Shown one piece after another: positions 1-10,487 of a DNA stretch of 64,000 nt. Each line of letters starts with the position of its first letter. Within the stretch, counting starts at the first letter, position 1. The notes beneath the pieces are model-generated. The model made no database searches. It worked only from the letters and a program-made list of their open reading frames with translations, and was not told the DNA's origin. A program made the translations under genes and the position numbers. Origin of the DNA: Deltaproteobacteria bacterium (lineage in GTDB: Bacteria > Desulfobacterota_D > UBA1144 > Nemesobacterales > UBA2774); NCBI GenBank assembly GCA_040223695.1, contig JAVKFU010000013.1, positions 59,321 to 123,320 of the forward strand, read 5' to 3'.

Positions 1-3000
1 AAAAATATCCCTCAACTGCAGGAACTTATCCTTCTTCGAGGTCTCAGATGTCAGATTTATATGAACAGTCGAGCCGTTTCTGAGCTCTCTTAATGAGAGA
101 ATCTCGGTTGCTCTCATCTTAACTCTGTCTTCACTGGGCTCGACCACGCCCTTTACAATCACAGGATCGACTTTTTCCTCCAGTATCGGAAGGGATTTCC
201 TTAACAGGTCATTAAAAATAACTACCTCTACGGACCCTTTTAAGTCTTCGAGAACCAGATTGCCGAAAATGCCCTTACCGCTTTTCGTGTGCTTAACGGT
301 AAGCGAGCGTACAACCCCTGCGACCGCAACTTCGCGCTTTTCTCTGATTTCGGAGAGGGACTCCGTATCGATGCTGTCAATCGACCTCCTTATTTCGGAG
401 GCGTATTTAGCCATCGGATGGCTGGTGACATAAAAGCCGAGCACATCCATCTCATATCTGAGTAGCTGTTTTTCCTCCCACTCTTCCATTTCCTCAAGAG
501 CGGGCATGGAAACGGAATCGTTCAGAGCGAAGAGCGAGTGCTGACCCTCTACGGAGCTCTTCTGCTTTATGGACGTAAAGCTGAGAAGCGTGTCTATGGA
601 TTCCATCAAACTCCCTCTGTTGACGCCGAGGGAATCGAACGCGCCGCTCTTTATAAGGCTCTCGAAAGTTCTCCTGTTAAGCCGTCTGGCTTCTACAAGC
701 TCGCAGAAATTAAATATCGAATCGAAATTGCCTTTTTCGCGCCTGGCGTTAATTATTGCTTCGACCGTCCCCTCGCCTACATTTTTTATTCCCGAGAGTC
801 CGAATCTTATGCTTCCGCCGGACGCGGTGAATCCGTCCAGGCTCACGTTTACGTCGGGGGCGAGTACCGGGATTCCCATTTGTTTGCACTCGGTGATGCT
901 GGATATGACTTTATCCGTATTATTCGCTTCCACAGTCATAAGGGCAGCCATGAATTCGGCGGGGTAGTGTGTTTTGAGATATGCCGTTTGATAGGTTATC
1001 AACGCATAGGCGGTGCTGTGGCTTTTGTTAAATGAATATTCCGCGAATTTTTCCATGGCATCGAAAATTTCCTTTGCCTTTTTGTCCTTTATACCCTTTT
1101 GTTTAGCGCCTTTCAGGAACCTTTCCCTTTGGGCCTTCATCTCCGCGGGCTTTTTCTTGCCCATGGCGCGCCTCAAGAGATCCGCTTCTCCGAGGCTGTA
1201 CTCGGCAATGGCGCTCGCCGTCTGCATTATCTGCTCCTGATATACGAAGAGACCATATGTATCCTTTAGAATTTCTTGCAGGTCCGGCAGGGGATACTGT
1301 ATCTTCTTCCTCCCGTGTTTACGGTCAATGTATTCATCGACCATTCCGCTGTCGAGGGGCCCCGGGCGATAGAGGGCGAGCACGGCGATTATGTCTTCAA
1401 AGTCTGTCGGCTGAAGCTTCATCAGGAGCTCTTTCATGCCTGAAGATTCAATCTGGAATATTCCGCGCGTCCTGCCGCTAGAGAGCAGGGCGTAAACCTC
1501 GGGGTCATCGAGCGGTATTTTATTTATATCGAAATTTTTTCCGCCTTCTTTTCCGTAGTTCTCATGAATGAGCTTAATCGCCTTGTCGATCACAGTCAGG
1601 GTCTTGAGACCAAGGAAATCGAACTTAACGAAACCCAGCTCTTCGATCGTGTTCATGTCGAACTGGGTTACGATTTCATTCTTCGAGCCTTTGTACAGTG
1701 GGATGTGGTCCGCTAAAGGTTCATTGGCTATGACGATCCCGGCAGCATGGGTCGAGGAGTGCCTCACCATATTTTCGAGAGGCCGCGCAAGCTCGATCAT
1801 CTCCTTTAGCCGGGGGGAGCCGTCGATTAGCTCCTTTATCTGGGGAACGCTGGAAATAGCCTTTTCGATACTGAAAACTTTACCCCTGAAGGACGGTATC
1901 AATTTAGAAATCCTGTCCACATCGGCATAAGGTATCCCCAGAACCCTGCCCACATCCTTTACCACGGCCTTTGCCGACATGGTTCCGAATGTCCCGATCT
2001 GGGCGACTTTATCGGCGCCGTACTTCTTCGTTACATATTTGATTACCTCGTCCCTTCCCTCGCCGCAGAAATCGATATCGATGTCCGGCATGCTTATACG
2101 CTCGGGATTCAGGAACCTCTCGAAAATCAGTTTATACGGGATGGGATCGACTTCGGTTATGCCGAGGGCGTAAGCGACAAGGCTCCCCGCGGCGCTTCCC
2201 CTGCCGGGACCTACGGGGATGCCGTTTGATTTCGCGTAATTGATAAAATCGGCCACGACAAGAAAATATCCGGAAAAACCCATTTTCTGTATTATCTCTA
2301 TTTCGGTCTCAAGCCTTTCCTCGTAAACTCCGATTTTCTGGTCATTAATGCCGTTTTCATCGATTCTTTCCCCGAGCTTTTCTCTGGCGTGCTCAGCCAG
2401 GTACTCATCCAGAGACATATCCCCCTCAATCTCGAACTCGGGAAGCTTGTATCCGTTTCGTTCAAACTCGAAATTGCATCTATCGGCAATCTCCGCGGTT
2501 TTCTGTATAGCGTCTTCAAACCCCTCAAGGTCCCTTAGCATTTCCCCTTCGGACTTGAGATAGTACTGATCTCCCTGAAATTTGAACCGGTTTTCGTCCT
2601 CTAGGGACGACCCTGTCTGTATGCAGAGAAGGGCGTCATGGGGCCTCGAGTCCTCTTTTCTGAGAAAGTGGCAGTCGTTCGTAGCTACAATGGGGATGCC
2701 CAGCTTTTCACCGATTTCTCTTACTTTCTTGTTAACCCTTTTCTGCTCCGGAAGCCCCGTGGCCTGTACCTCCAGATAATACCTGTCGCCGAAAATTTCC
2801 CTGTACAATGAAGCTACATTGAGGGCGGCTTTGATATCCTTACTGAATATCGCTTTTGAAAGCTCGCTGTTTAGACAGCCGCTCAGCACGATGAGTCCTT
2901 CGTTGTGTTCGCCCAGGAGCTCGTGATCTACCCTGGGCCTCCTGTAAAAACCGTCGAAGTAGGCTTTTGTGACGAGTCTCGAGAGGTTCTGATAACCTGC

Positions 3001-3285
3001 CCTGTTCATTGATAAGACCGTAATGTGGTGTGTCTTCCCCTCGGCGGGGTTCTCAGGGTTGATTTTGGGTGTTACATACAGCTCGCAGCCGATTATAGGT
3101 TTAACGCCCGTATCCTTCGCGTTCTTGTAAAAATCGTAAGCGCCGAAGAGGTTTCCGTGATCGGTCAGCGCGACCGCCTCCATGCCGAACTCTTTTGCCT
3201 GGGGAAAGAGGTCATCGAACTTTATCGCACCGTCGAGCAGTGAGTACTGTGAGTGGAGATGGAGATGGACAAAACCTTTGGACAT
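1..3285 (-). CDS. dnaE: DNA polymerase III alpha subunit, 5' part of gene; C-terminal end runs off the window start
   Basis: Minus-strand translation from the ATG at 3285 begins MSKGFVHLHLHSQYSLLDGA (PHP domain) and continues with GPGRGSAAGSLVAYALGITEVDP and the polymerase core. It reads open to position 1. The + strand ORFs 538-2173 are antisense artefacts. Confidence 0.88.
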   Translation of the reverse strand, partial: MSKGFVHLHLHSQYSLLDGAIKFDDLFPQAKEFGMEAVALTDHGNLFGAYDFYKNAKDTGVKPIIGCELYVTPKINPENPAEGKTHHITVLSMNRAGYQNLSRLVTKAYFDGFYRRPRVDHELLGEHNEGLIVLSGCLNSELSKAIFSKDIKAALNVASLYREIFGDRYYLEVQATGLPEQKRVNKKVREIGEKLGIPIVATNDCHFLRKEDSRPHDALLCIQTGSSLEDENRFKFQGDQYYLKSEGEMLRDLEGFEDAIQKTAEIADRCNFEFERNGYKLPEFEIEGDMSLDEYLAEHAREKLGERIDENGINDQKIGVYEERLETEIEIIQKMGFSGYFLVVADFINYAKSNGIPVGPGRGSAAGSLVAYALGITEVDPIPYKLIFERFLNPERISMPDIDIDFCGEGRDEVIKYVTKKYGADKVAQIGTFGTMSAKAVVKDVGRVLGIPYADVDRISKLIPSFRGKVFSIEKAISSVPQIKELIDGSPRLKEMIELARPLENMVRHSSTHAAGIVIANEPLADHIPLYKGSKNEIVTQFDMNTIEELGFVKFDFLGLKTLTVIDKAIKLIHENYGKEGGKNFDINKIPLDDPEVYALLSSGRTRGIFQIESSGMKELLMKLQPTDFEDIIAVLALYRPGPLDSGMVDEYIDRKHGRKKIQYPLPDLQEILKDTYGLFVYQEQIMQTASAIAEYSLGEADLLRRAMGKKKPAEMKAQRERFLKGAKQKGIKDKKAKEIFDAMEKFAEYSFNKSHSTAYALITYQTAYLKTHYPAEFMAALMTVEANNTDKVISSITECKQMGIPVLAPDVNVSLDGFTASGGSIRFGLSGIKNVGEGTVEAIINARREKGNFDSIFNFCELVEARRLNRRTFESLIKSGAFDSLGVNRGSLMESIDTLLSFTSIKQKSSVEGQHSLFALNDSVSMPALEEMEEWEEKQLLRYEMDVLGFYVTSHPMAKYASEIRRSIDSIDTESLSEIREKREVAVAGVVRSLTVKHTKSGKGIFGNLVLEDLKGSVEVVIFNDLLRKSLPILEEKVDPVIVKGVVEPSEDRVKMRATEILSLRELRNGSTVHINLTSETSKKDKFLQLRDIF

Positions 3286-3594
3286 CGGTTTTATTATATC
3301 CAAGAAGATTCGGGCAGTTCAAGTGGCCGGAAAACATTGTTTATTTCGTGATGGTTACAATAACAATCCTAACAAATTTGTCACAATCAACTGAAAAAAC
3401 GCTAAAAATTAAGATGTTGAAAAGAATTCTCTGAAAAGTATATTAACTTTATTAATCGAACATCTGCAAAATAGAGTGTATTTTATCCCGTTATGTTATC
3501 TTTATTTGTTTACGAATAATATGAAATTACAATATCATGCAAGTATAAAGTTTATTCGTTTCTCTTCGGAGTGACACAGGAGGCCTTACAAGTA

Positions 3595-4956
3595 ATGGAA
3601 GAAATATTATCGGTATTTAACACTATTCCCAGTCCGTATTCGGACCTGGCGGCGGTAGCTGTAATATTCGCAATCATAGCTCTGATTTCTTTGGTTATCA
3701 CCTTCCTGTTCGAAGAAAAACCGGCAAAAGAGGCTCCCGAGGGGGAAAAGGAACAACCGGTCCAGTACGAGGCTGAGGGGATTAAGGAAGCGGAAGAGGC
3801 TGAAGGGATTAAAGCGCCTCCGAGCGAAGAATTCCAAGCGCCGCGTGAAGAAGCAGGAATCGAGGAAATAGCGGAGCCCGAAATCAGGGAAGTTGAAACA
3901 GAAGAAATAGATGACATAACGGGGGCGGAATTACCGGAAGAGAGCCCTGCGGTTCAGGCAGCGGAAGAATTGAGAGAGGAACAGCAGCCGGTCGAAGCGG
4001 TAGTTGAGGAAATAGAAGAAACAAAAGAGGGGCTCTTCGCGAGGCTCCGGAAGGGTTTATCCAAAACCCATACGGGACTTTTCGGCAGGCTCAACGAGGT
4101 GCTTTCGAAGGGGGAAATAGACGAGAGCGTATGGGACGATTTCGAAGAGACCCTTATAATGGCCGACCTGGGAGTAAGCACGACAATGAAGCTGAGGGAA
4201 AAGATAGAATCCGATTTGGAGAAGAACTCCCTGAGCGACACAAGCTCTATTACAGGCGGGCTTAAAGGAGAAATACTCAGGATATTAAAGAATGCTGAAG
4301 GAAATCCGATCACGGCAGATGAAAAACCGTTTGTGGTAATGGTGGCCGGAGTCAACGGTGTCGGTAAAACAACCACAATAGGAAAGCTGGCAAACAAGCT
4401 TAAAAAAGAAAACAACAAGGTTATGGTGGCCGCGGGGGACACATTCAGAGCGGCAGCGACGGAACAGCTTGAAATCTGGTCCAAAAGGGTCGGAACGGAT
4501 TTTATCAAGGGGCAGAGCGGAGCAGACCCTTCGTCGGTTGCTTTCGACGCCGTCAAAGCGGCTTCGGCACGGGGAATGGACATTCTAATTATAGATACCG
4601 CAGGCAGACTCCATACCAAGGGAAACCTGATGGACGAGATAAAGAAAATGAAGAGGGTCATTTCCAAAGAGCTCGAAAAAGCCCCTCACGAAACACTGCT
4701 TGTGCTGGACGCAACCACGGGTCAGAACGCAATCCAGCAGGCAAAGATGTTTAACGAAGCCCTTGATGTAACGGGAATCGTCCTCACAAAACTCGACGGA
4801 ACGGCGAAAGGCGGCGTGATCGTGGCTATAGCGGACGAGCTGAACATACCCGTCAAGTATATAGGTATTGGAGAAAGCCTGAGCGACCTGAGAGAGTTTC
4901 ACGCGGAGGAATTCGTGGAGGCCCTGTTTTATTCCGGGGATGAAACCCTGCATTAA
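3595..4956 (+). CDS. ftsY: Signal recognition particle receptor FtsY, with an N-terminal TM helix, an acidic repeat region and an NG GTPase domain
   Basis: Contains GVNGVGKTTTIGKLA, DTAGR and TKLDGTAKGG motifs. AGGAGG at 3578-3583 precedes ATG 3595; the ORF track starts at GTG 3571. Confidence 0.9.
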   Translation: MEEILSVFNTIPSPYSDLAAVAVIFAIIALISLVITFLFEEKPAKEAPEGEKEQPVQYEAEGIKEAEEAEGIKAPPSEEFQAPREEAGIEEIAEPEIREVETEEIDDITGAELPEESPAVQAAEELREEQQPVEAVVEEIEETKEGLFARLRKGLSKTHTGLFGRLNEVLSKGEIDESVWDDFEETLIMADLGVSTTMKLREKIESDLEKNSLSDTSSITGGLKGEILRILKNAEGNPITADEKPFVVMVAGVNGVGKTTTIGKLANKLKKENNKVMVAAGDTFRAAATEQLEIWSKRVGTDFIKGQSGADPSSVAFDAVKAASARGMDILIIDTAGRLHTKGNLMDEIKKMKRVISKELEKAPHETLLVLDATTGQNAIQQAKMFNEALDVTGIVLTKLDGTAKGGVIVAIADELNIPVKYIGIGESLSDLREFHAEEFVEALFYSGDETLH

Positions 4957-5002
4957 AAGACTCGAGCCGAGATATCGAAATAAACAAAACTATTGAGTTT
5001 AT

Positions 5003-6130
5003 ATGCCCACGCACCAAGACGAAAAATATATGTCGATCGCCCTTAAGCTGGCCAAAAGGGCGGAAGGCATGACAAGTCCGAACCCCCTTGTGGGGGCGGT
5101 AGTGGTCAAAAAGGGGGAGATAATAGGAAAGGGGTATCACCGGAAGGCCGGTCTTCCTCACGCGGAGATAGAAGCGTTTAAAGACGCGGAAAAAAAGGGG
5201 CATAATATCAACGGTTCTACACTCTACGTATCTCTTGAGCCCTGCTGCCACAAGGGCAAAAGGACACCTCCCTGCGTTGACGCTATAATAGAAAAAGGGG
5301 TGACAAAGGTGGTGGTAGGCTCGCTCGATCCCAACCCGAAAGTAAGCGGAAAGGGGGTGAAAACGCTTGGAGAAAAAGGTATCAATACAGTAACCGGCGT
5401 TCTCGAACAAAAATCAAGGGACATAAATGAGAGCTTCAAAAAATATATAACGACAGGTAAACCGTTCGTAATCCTGAAGCTCGCGGCGACACTCGACGGA
5501 AAGATAGCCGCCCGCACCGGGGACTCGAAGTGGATAGGAAGCGAGAAACAGAGGGAGTATGCGCACAAACTGAGGAGCAAGGCTGACGCCGTAATGGTCG
5601 GCATTGGAACAGTGCTCACCGACGATCCGCGCTTGAATGTAAGGCTGCGGAAAAAAACAGTGAGACAACCCGTGCCCGTAGTGCTAGACCCGGGGCTCAG
5701 GACGCCCCCGGAATCCAGTATATTGGCGCTCCACGACTCCGTTTTTATAGCGACAGGAAAATCCTGCGACAAAAGAAAAAGAGAGAAACTCGAAAGCGCA
5801 GGGGCGAAAATAATTGAAATCAGCACGGATAGACAGGGACTCTTGAACTTAAATGAACTCCTCGTTGCGCTGGGAGACTACGAAATCACAAGCCTCCTCG
5901 TTGAAGGGGGAAGCAGGACCGCGGCACATGCGCTCAGGAGCGGGATTGTGGACAAGGTGGTTTTCTTCTATGCGCCTAAGTTAATGGGTGGAGACGGTCT
6001 CAGCATGATAGGCGACCTCGGCATCTCCAAAGTCGGAAATTCTTTGGAGATAGACGGGATTAGTATAAAAAGATACGGGAGCGAGTTTATGATAGAAGGC
6101 TATATAAAAAAGAGACAACCGGAAGGGTGA
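5003..6130 (+). CDS. ribD: Bifunctional riboflavin biosynthesis deaminase/reductase RibD
   Basis: CMP/dCMP deaminase motif HAEIEA...EPCCHKGKRTPPC in the N-terminal half and a RibD reductase C-terminal domain. Confidence 0.9.
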   Translation: MPTHQDEKYMSIALKLAKRAEGMTSPNPLVGAVVVKKGEIIGKGYHRKAGLPHAEIEAFKDAEKKGHNINGSTLYVSLEPCCHKGKRTPPCVDAIIEKGVTKVVVGSLDPNPKVSGKGVKTLGEKGINTVTGVLEQKSRDINESFKKYITTGKPFVILKLAATLDGKIAARTGDSKWIGSEKQREYAHKLRSKADAVMVGIGTVLTDDPRLNVRLRKKTVRQPVPVVLDPGLRTPPESSILALHDSVFIATGKSCDKRKREKLESAGAKIIEISTDRQGLLNLNELLVALGDYEITSLLVEGGSRTAAHALRSGIVDKVVFFYAPKLMGGDGLSMIGDLGISKVGNSLEIDGISIKRYGSEFMIEGYIKKRQPEG

Positions 6131-6148
6131 TAATTTTTTAGCGGAATT

Positions 6149-6829
6149 ATGGAGAATAACGGCAAAAAGAAAGTCGGCCTATTCGGAGGGACGTTTGATC
6201 CCGTGCATATGGGACACCTGCGGGCCGGGGAGGAAATAAGGGAAATGCTCGGACTCAGCGAGGTTTATTTCATTCCATCCGCCCTGCCACCTCACAAGGA
6301 AAGCTCGGAAGTTACCCCTTCACGTCACAGGCTCAAAATGCTCGAGCTTGCGCTCGACTCAAACCCGTTTTTCGAGATATGCGAATATGAAGTAGAGAAA
6401 AGCTCCGCTTCTTACACAATCGAAACCTTAAAATACCTGACCGGTCTTCATGCCGATCATGAATTTTACTTTATCGTGGGGAACGAGCTGTTTTCCGACA
6501 TTGAAACATGGAAGGATTACAGGGAGCTGTTTAAACTGTCGAACTTCGCCGTAATCACCCGGCCGGGCTTTTCAAACGGCGAACCGCCCAAACCGCCGCT
6601 TGCCCTCGGCGCCGATTTTAGTTATGATAAAAATACAGAGAACGTGATATTTTATAGAAATAAAAATTCCAAAGTTATCGCTTTTACACAAATCCGGGGT
6701 CTTGAAGTATCCTCCACCGAAATAAGGCGTCTTATAAAGACCGAAAAGTCTATCAGATACCTGGTTCCCGGCCCGGTGGAAGAGTACATCATGTCTAACA
6801 TGCTCTACCGCGGGGAGGAAGCTCAATAG
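6149..6829 (+). CDS. nadD: Nicotinate-nucleotide adenylyltransferase
   Basis: N-terminal GGTFDPVHMGHL nucleotidyltransferase motif. Confidence 0.85.
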   Translation: MENNGKKKVGLFGGTFDPVHMGHLRAGEEIREMLGLSEVYFIPSALPPHKESSEVTPSRHRLKMLELALDSNPFFEICEYEVEKSSASYTIETLKYLTGLHADHEFYFIVGNELFSDIETWKDYRELFKLSNFAVITRPGFSNGEPPKPPLALGADFSYDKNTENVIFYRNKNSKVIAFTQIRGLEVSSTEIRRLIKTEKSIRYLVPGPVEEYIMSNMLYRGEEAQ

Positions 6830-6846
6830 AATCCAAGAAGAAAGCC

Positions 6847-7224
6847 TTGTCGATCGCTCAGGCGGCCTGGGAGAAAAACGCCGAAGATCCTGTAGTTATA
6901 GAGGTAAAATCTTCAAGCGATGTTACCGATTATCTCATGATCTGCAGTGCAAATTCTACGAGAGGCGTAAAAACGATCGTGGATAATATCGAGAAGAAAT
7001 TGAAAGGTATGGACGAGAAAATTATCGGCATTGAAGGCCACGCTGAAGGGAAGTGGGTATTGGTGGATTCCGCGGATGTGGTCGCCCATATATTTTATGA
7101 GCCCTTGAGGGAATTTTATAATATAGAAAGCCTGTGGATAGATGCCCCGCGCGTAAAGATTTCCTTTGAAAAACAACTCCTAAAAAAAACCGATCGGTAC
7201 ACGCAGATTCAGGCAGCGGATTAA
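6847..7224 (+). CDS. rsfS: Ribosome silencing factor RsfS (iojap-like)
   Basis: 125 aa with the conserved DYLMICSANSTRGVKTI / IESLW signature. The TTG start and the position directly after nadD are the usual synteny. Confidence 0.75.
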   Translation: MSIAQAAWEKNAEDPVVIEVKSSSDVTDYLMICSANSTRGVKTIVDNIEKKLKGMDEKIIGIEGHAEGKWVLVDSADVVAHIFYEPLREFYNIESLWIDAPRVKISFEKQLLKKTDRYTQIQAAD

Positions 7225-7393
7225 AGACGTCTGCCACACTCGTGTTTAGCTGAACGATAAACAAAAGCTGAAAAAAAATTTTATCGCCGGTTTATTTTTC
7301 TCTTTTTGTATCGAAAGAAAGTCCTGCCTGCCGGGTCTTATCAGCTTGACCCTGTAAATGGGAAATTAGTTAAGGCTAATTCGCTCTTTGTTC

Positions 7394-8476
7394 CTACTGC
7401 CCTTCTTTAACGCCGCGTCTTCTTATGAATGCGGGAATCTCAAACTCGTCTTCGCCAATGTCAGTAGGGAGCTTTGTAACTATTTTATTTATGCTCTGAG
7501 CTCTCACAGTCTGTATTCCGGTCGCAATAACGGTTAGTTGAACGGCTTCCTTGAACTCGCTATTGAACACGAGACCGAATATGAGGTTTACGTCTTCGTG
7601 AGCGCGGTCCTTTATGTAATTGCACGCTTCGTTCAGCTCCTCGATCCCGAAGTCCGGGGAAGCGGTGACGTTGAGCAATATCCCGGTCGCCCCCTCAATG
7701 GATATATCCTCGAGAAGAGGACTTGTTATAGCGGCTTCGGCGGCTTCTATCGCCCTGTTAGTGCCTTCGGCAAAGCCTGTTCCCATGAGCGCTTTCCCGC
7801 CGTTCTCACCCATAATGCTCTTTACGTCGGCGAAGTCCACATTGATGTAACCGGTGCCGGTGATGATATCGGATATTCCGCGCACTGCCTGGTGGAGCAC
7901 CTCGTCAGCCCTCGTAAAAGCGTCTAGGATACTTATGTTATGCACTTCGGTGAGGCGGTCGTTCGGAATTACAATCAGTGTGTCAACTTCTTTCTCTAGA
8001 TTTTCTATGCCCTCGAGCGCCTGCTTATTCCTCTTGGGGCCTTCAAACCCGAATGGTTTCGTAACCACGCCCACGGTGAGAGCGCCGACATCCTTTGAAG
8101 CCTGCGCTATGACTGGAGATGCGCCTGTTCCGGTACCTCCGCCCATCCCGGCAGTAATGAAGACCATATCCGCGCCTTCAAGAACCTCGGCAAGCTTTAT
8201 CTGGTCCTCGATAGCCGCCTCTCTGCCCAACACGGGATTACCGCCCGAGCCGAGGCCTTTGGTAGTCCTGTTGCCGATCTGAATCTTGGAAGGGGCAAGT
8301 GATTTTCTGAGGTCCTGAGCGTCAGTATTGGTCACAATGAAATCGACGCCGTTTAAACCCCTTTCTATCATAGCGTTTATAGCGTTACCGCCGGCTCCGC
8401 CGGCTCCGATAACTTTTATCTTAGCCTTAAGCTCGATATTAGTGTCTTCTAGCTCAAAATTTGCCATATTTAACAC
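7394..8476 (-). CDS. ftsZ: Cell division GTPase FtsZ
   Basis: GGGTGTG tubulin signature, NTDAQ, and a C-terminal IPAFIRRRG peptide. Confidence 0.96.
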   Translation of the reverse strand: MLNMANFELEDTNIELKAKIKVIGAGGAGGNAINAMIERGLNGVDFIVTNTDAQDLRKSLAPSKIQIGNRTTKGLGSGGNPVLGREAAIEDQIKLAEVLEGADMVFITAGMGGGTGTGASPVIAQASKDVGALTVGVVTKPFGFEGPKRNKQALEGIENLEKEVDTLIVIPNDRLTEVHNISILDAFTRADEVLHQAVRGISDIITGTGYINVDFADVKSIMGENGGKALMGTGFAEGTNRAIEAAEAAITSPLLEDISIEGATGILLNVTASPDFGIEELNEACNYIKDRAHEDVNLIFGLVFNSEFKEAVQLTVIATGIQTVRAQSINKIVTKLPTDIGEDEFEIPAFIRRRGVKEGQ

Positions 8477-8506
8477 CCTCCTCCATTATCGTTAATCCAT
8501 TTTAAC

Positions 8507-9739
8507 CTAAAAAAACTCTTGAAACCAGTTTTTCATACTATCAAATATTTTTTTGAAAACATTTTCATCTCTTATACGTAATTTTTTATCACCTTTGTAA
8601 CCGGCGCCGTAAAGAACGAGCCCGACACCGGTCGAATAAACAGGGTTCGCGATTATGTCGCTAAGCCCGCCGACATCGGTAGGAATACCCATTCTGACAG
8701 GCATCTCCAGCACTCTTTCGGCAAGCTCAACCGTGCCGTTCATAATCACGCTTCCGCCCGTTATAACCACACCCGCAGGCGCAAGGTCTTCAAAACCCGA
8801 TTTTCTTACCTCTCTTTTAACGAGAGCGAAAATTTCTTCCATCCTGGGCTCTATGACCATAGCGAGGTCTTTTCTGGATATTTTTCTGAAATTTCTTCCC
8901 CCCACGCTCGGCACCTCTATTGTCTCCTCAGGCGATACGAGCTCGGCCAGGGCCGTTCCGTATTTCTCTTTAATTTTTCTGGCTTCGGCAAGCGGAGTCG
9001 ATAAACCGAGCGCAATGTCTCTGTCTATATTATCCCCACCGAGGGTAACGTTCTCCGTGTATCTGATACTGCCGCCGACGAATATAGCTATATCGGTTGT
9101 TCCGCCGCCGCAGTCGATCAGCACGACCCCGATTTCCTTCTCATCATCGGTGAGGACCGCTTCGCTTGAAGCGAGCTGCTCGAGCACGATATCCGCAACG
9201 TCCATCCCCGCCCCGTGTATGCATTTAACCAGATTCTGAGCCGCGGTAACCTGGCCTGTCACTATATGAACTTTCGTTTCGAGCTTGATCCCGTAAATAC
9301 CGACGGGGTCTTTTATTCCGCTCTGACCGTCCACGACGTATTCCTGGGGTATGACGTGAATGATTTCCCTGTCCGCGGGGATTAAAACAGCGTTTGCGGA
9401 CTCAATTACCCTTTCTATATCCCTTTTCGCAACTTCCCGCTCCCTGATCGTAATCATGCCGTGCCCGCTTATGCCCTTGATATGCCCTCCCGCAATTCCG
9501 ACGAATACGGTTCTGATCTCACATCCCGCCATGTGCTCCGCTTCTTCGACAGCGTGCTTCACCGACTGAATCGTGTTATCTATATTCACGACCACGCCCC
9601 TCTTGAGACCGTATGAGGGATATGTGCCCACCCCTATTATCTCAACTTCCCCAGTAGAGGGATTAAAATCCCCGACGATAGCGCATATTTTTGTAGTTCC
9701 TATATCCAGGCCGATTATCAAATCCTGTTCCCTACCCAT
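8507..9739 (-). CDS. ftsA: Cell division protein FtsA (actin-like ATPase)
   Basis: N-terminal GLDIGTTKICAIVG actin-fold motif; located immediately upstream of ftsZ. Confidence 0.95.
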   Translation of the reverse strand: MGREQDLIIGLDIGTTKICAIVGDFNPSTGEVEIIGVGTYPSYGLKRGVVVNIDNTIQSVKHAVEEAEHMAGCEIRTVFVGIAGGHIKGISGHGMITIREREVAKRDIERVIESANAVLIPADREIIHVIPQEYVVDGQSGIKDPVGIYGIKLETKVHIVTGQVTAAQNLVKCIHGAGMDVADIVLEQLASSEAVLTDDEKEIGVVLIDCGGGTTDIAIFVGGSIRYTENVTLGGDNIDRDIALGLSTPLAEARKIKEKYGTALAELVSPEETIEVPSVGGRNFRKISRKDLAMVIEPRMEEIFALVKREVRKSGFEDLAPAGVVITGGSVIMNGTVELAERVLEMPVRMGIPTDVGGLSDIIANPVYSTGVGLVLYGAGYKGDKKLRIRDENVFKKIFDSMKNWFQEFF

Positions 9740-10487
9740 CCTTAGCTCCGGATGAAGCCGACGGTGGTTGAAAATTAACTACACCCATATTTTCCGAGCT
9801 TATATTTATATAATATTCTTTAAGTCCCAAGCTATCCGAATGCTTTAAGATTTTTTCGATCTTATCCCACTTCTCGACAATCTTGTTTCTATCGAATTCT
9901 ATACGGCGGTTATCGTTCGTAAAAACCTTGATGCCGTATATAGGATCTATATGGACTTCGGAAATATCGTTCCAGTTGAGAACGATGCTGCTCTTAGACA
10001 ATTCCAATATATCGAGGGCCTCTTTCAACAGATCCGGGTTCTCTATAACTTCGCCTATCAGAACGGGAAAATCAAGCCCCATATCAAAATTTCCGGACCC
10101 GAGCATGTTGCCCGACCTGCTTATATAAAAAGGCTTCCCCCCCCCGGAGATAACAATACAGTAAACCTCTTCTTCTTCTATTTCTATACGCACCTTTTTA
10201 GGGAATTCTTTATTGACCGAAACCGTCCTGATCCAGGGATTGCCGAGTATGTCCTCCTCGACCTGATTCTCGAAAAAGAAAATGCTGCTGAGACCCCGGT
10301 GCAATCCTGACCTTTTGATAATCTCTCTTTCGCTGATTCTGTTATTTCCGCTTATTTCTATCTCTTCCACCGTGAATATTCCGAGACGAAGGCTCGCGTA
10401 AGAGGCTACGCCCAAAACGGTCAGTACCGCCAGGAGGGACAAAATTATTACGAATCTACGATAAGGAAAGCCTTTATTCTCTTCCAC
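9732..10487 (-). CDS. ftsQ: Cell division protein FtsQ (POTRA domain, single TM helix)
   Basis: An N-terminal TM helix followed by a POTRA-like domain. Overlaps the ftsA start by 8 nt and lies between murB and ftsA. Confidence 0.8.
   Translation of the reverse strand: MEENKGFPYRRFVIILSLLAVLTVLGVASYASLRLGIFTVEEIEISGNNRISEREIIKRSGLHRGLSSIFFFENQVEEDILGNPWIRTVSVNKEFPKKVRIEIEEEEVYCIVISGGGKPFYISRSGNMLGSGNFDMGLDFPVLIGEVIENPDLLKEALDILELSKSSIVLNWNDISEVHIDPIYGIKVFTNDNRRIEFDRNKIVEKWDKIEKILKHSDSLGLKEYYINISSENMGVVNFQPPSASSGAKDG

Noticed and set aside
538-2779. Series of + strand ORFs (538-1035, 569-967, 1013-1240, 1568-1930, 1979-2173, 2348-2563, 2582-2779) inside the dnaE region
   Set aside because: All lie antisense to a continuous, clearly recognisable DnaE reading frame on the minus strand. 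They are low-complexity and have no motifs.
3954-4667. 237-aa minus-strand ORF overlapping ftsY
   Set aside because: Antisense to the FtsY NG-domain coding frame; Ser/Ile-rich nonsense composition.
7225-7393. Possible terminators in the convergent rsfS/ftsZ gap
   Set aside because: A-runs and T-runs are present, but I could not find a convincing GC-rich stem. Left uncalled.
8655-9239. 194-aa + strand ORF inside ftsA, and similar antisense ORFs inside ftsZ (7538-8282), murC, murF and nifS
   Set aside because: Each is antisense to a gene with strong family motifs; they are shadow ORFs.
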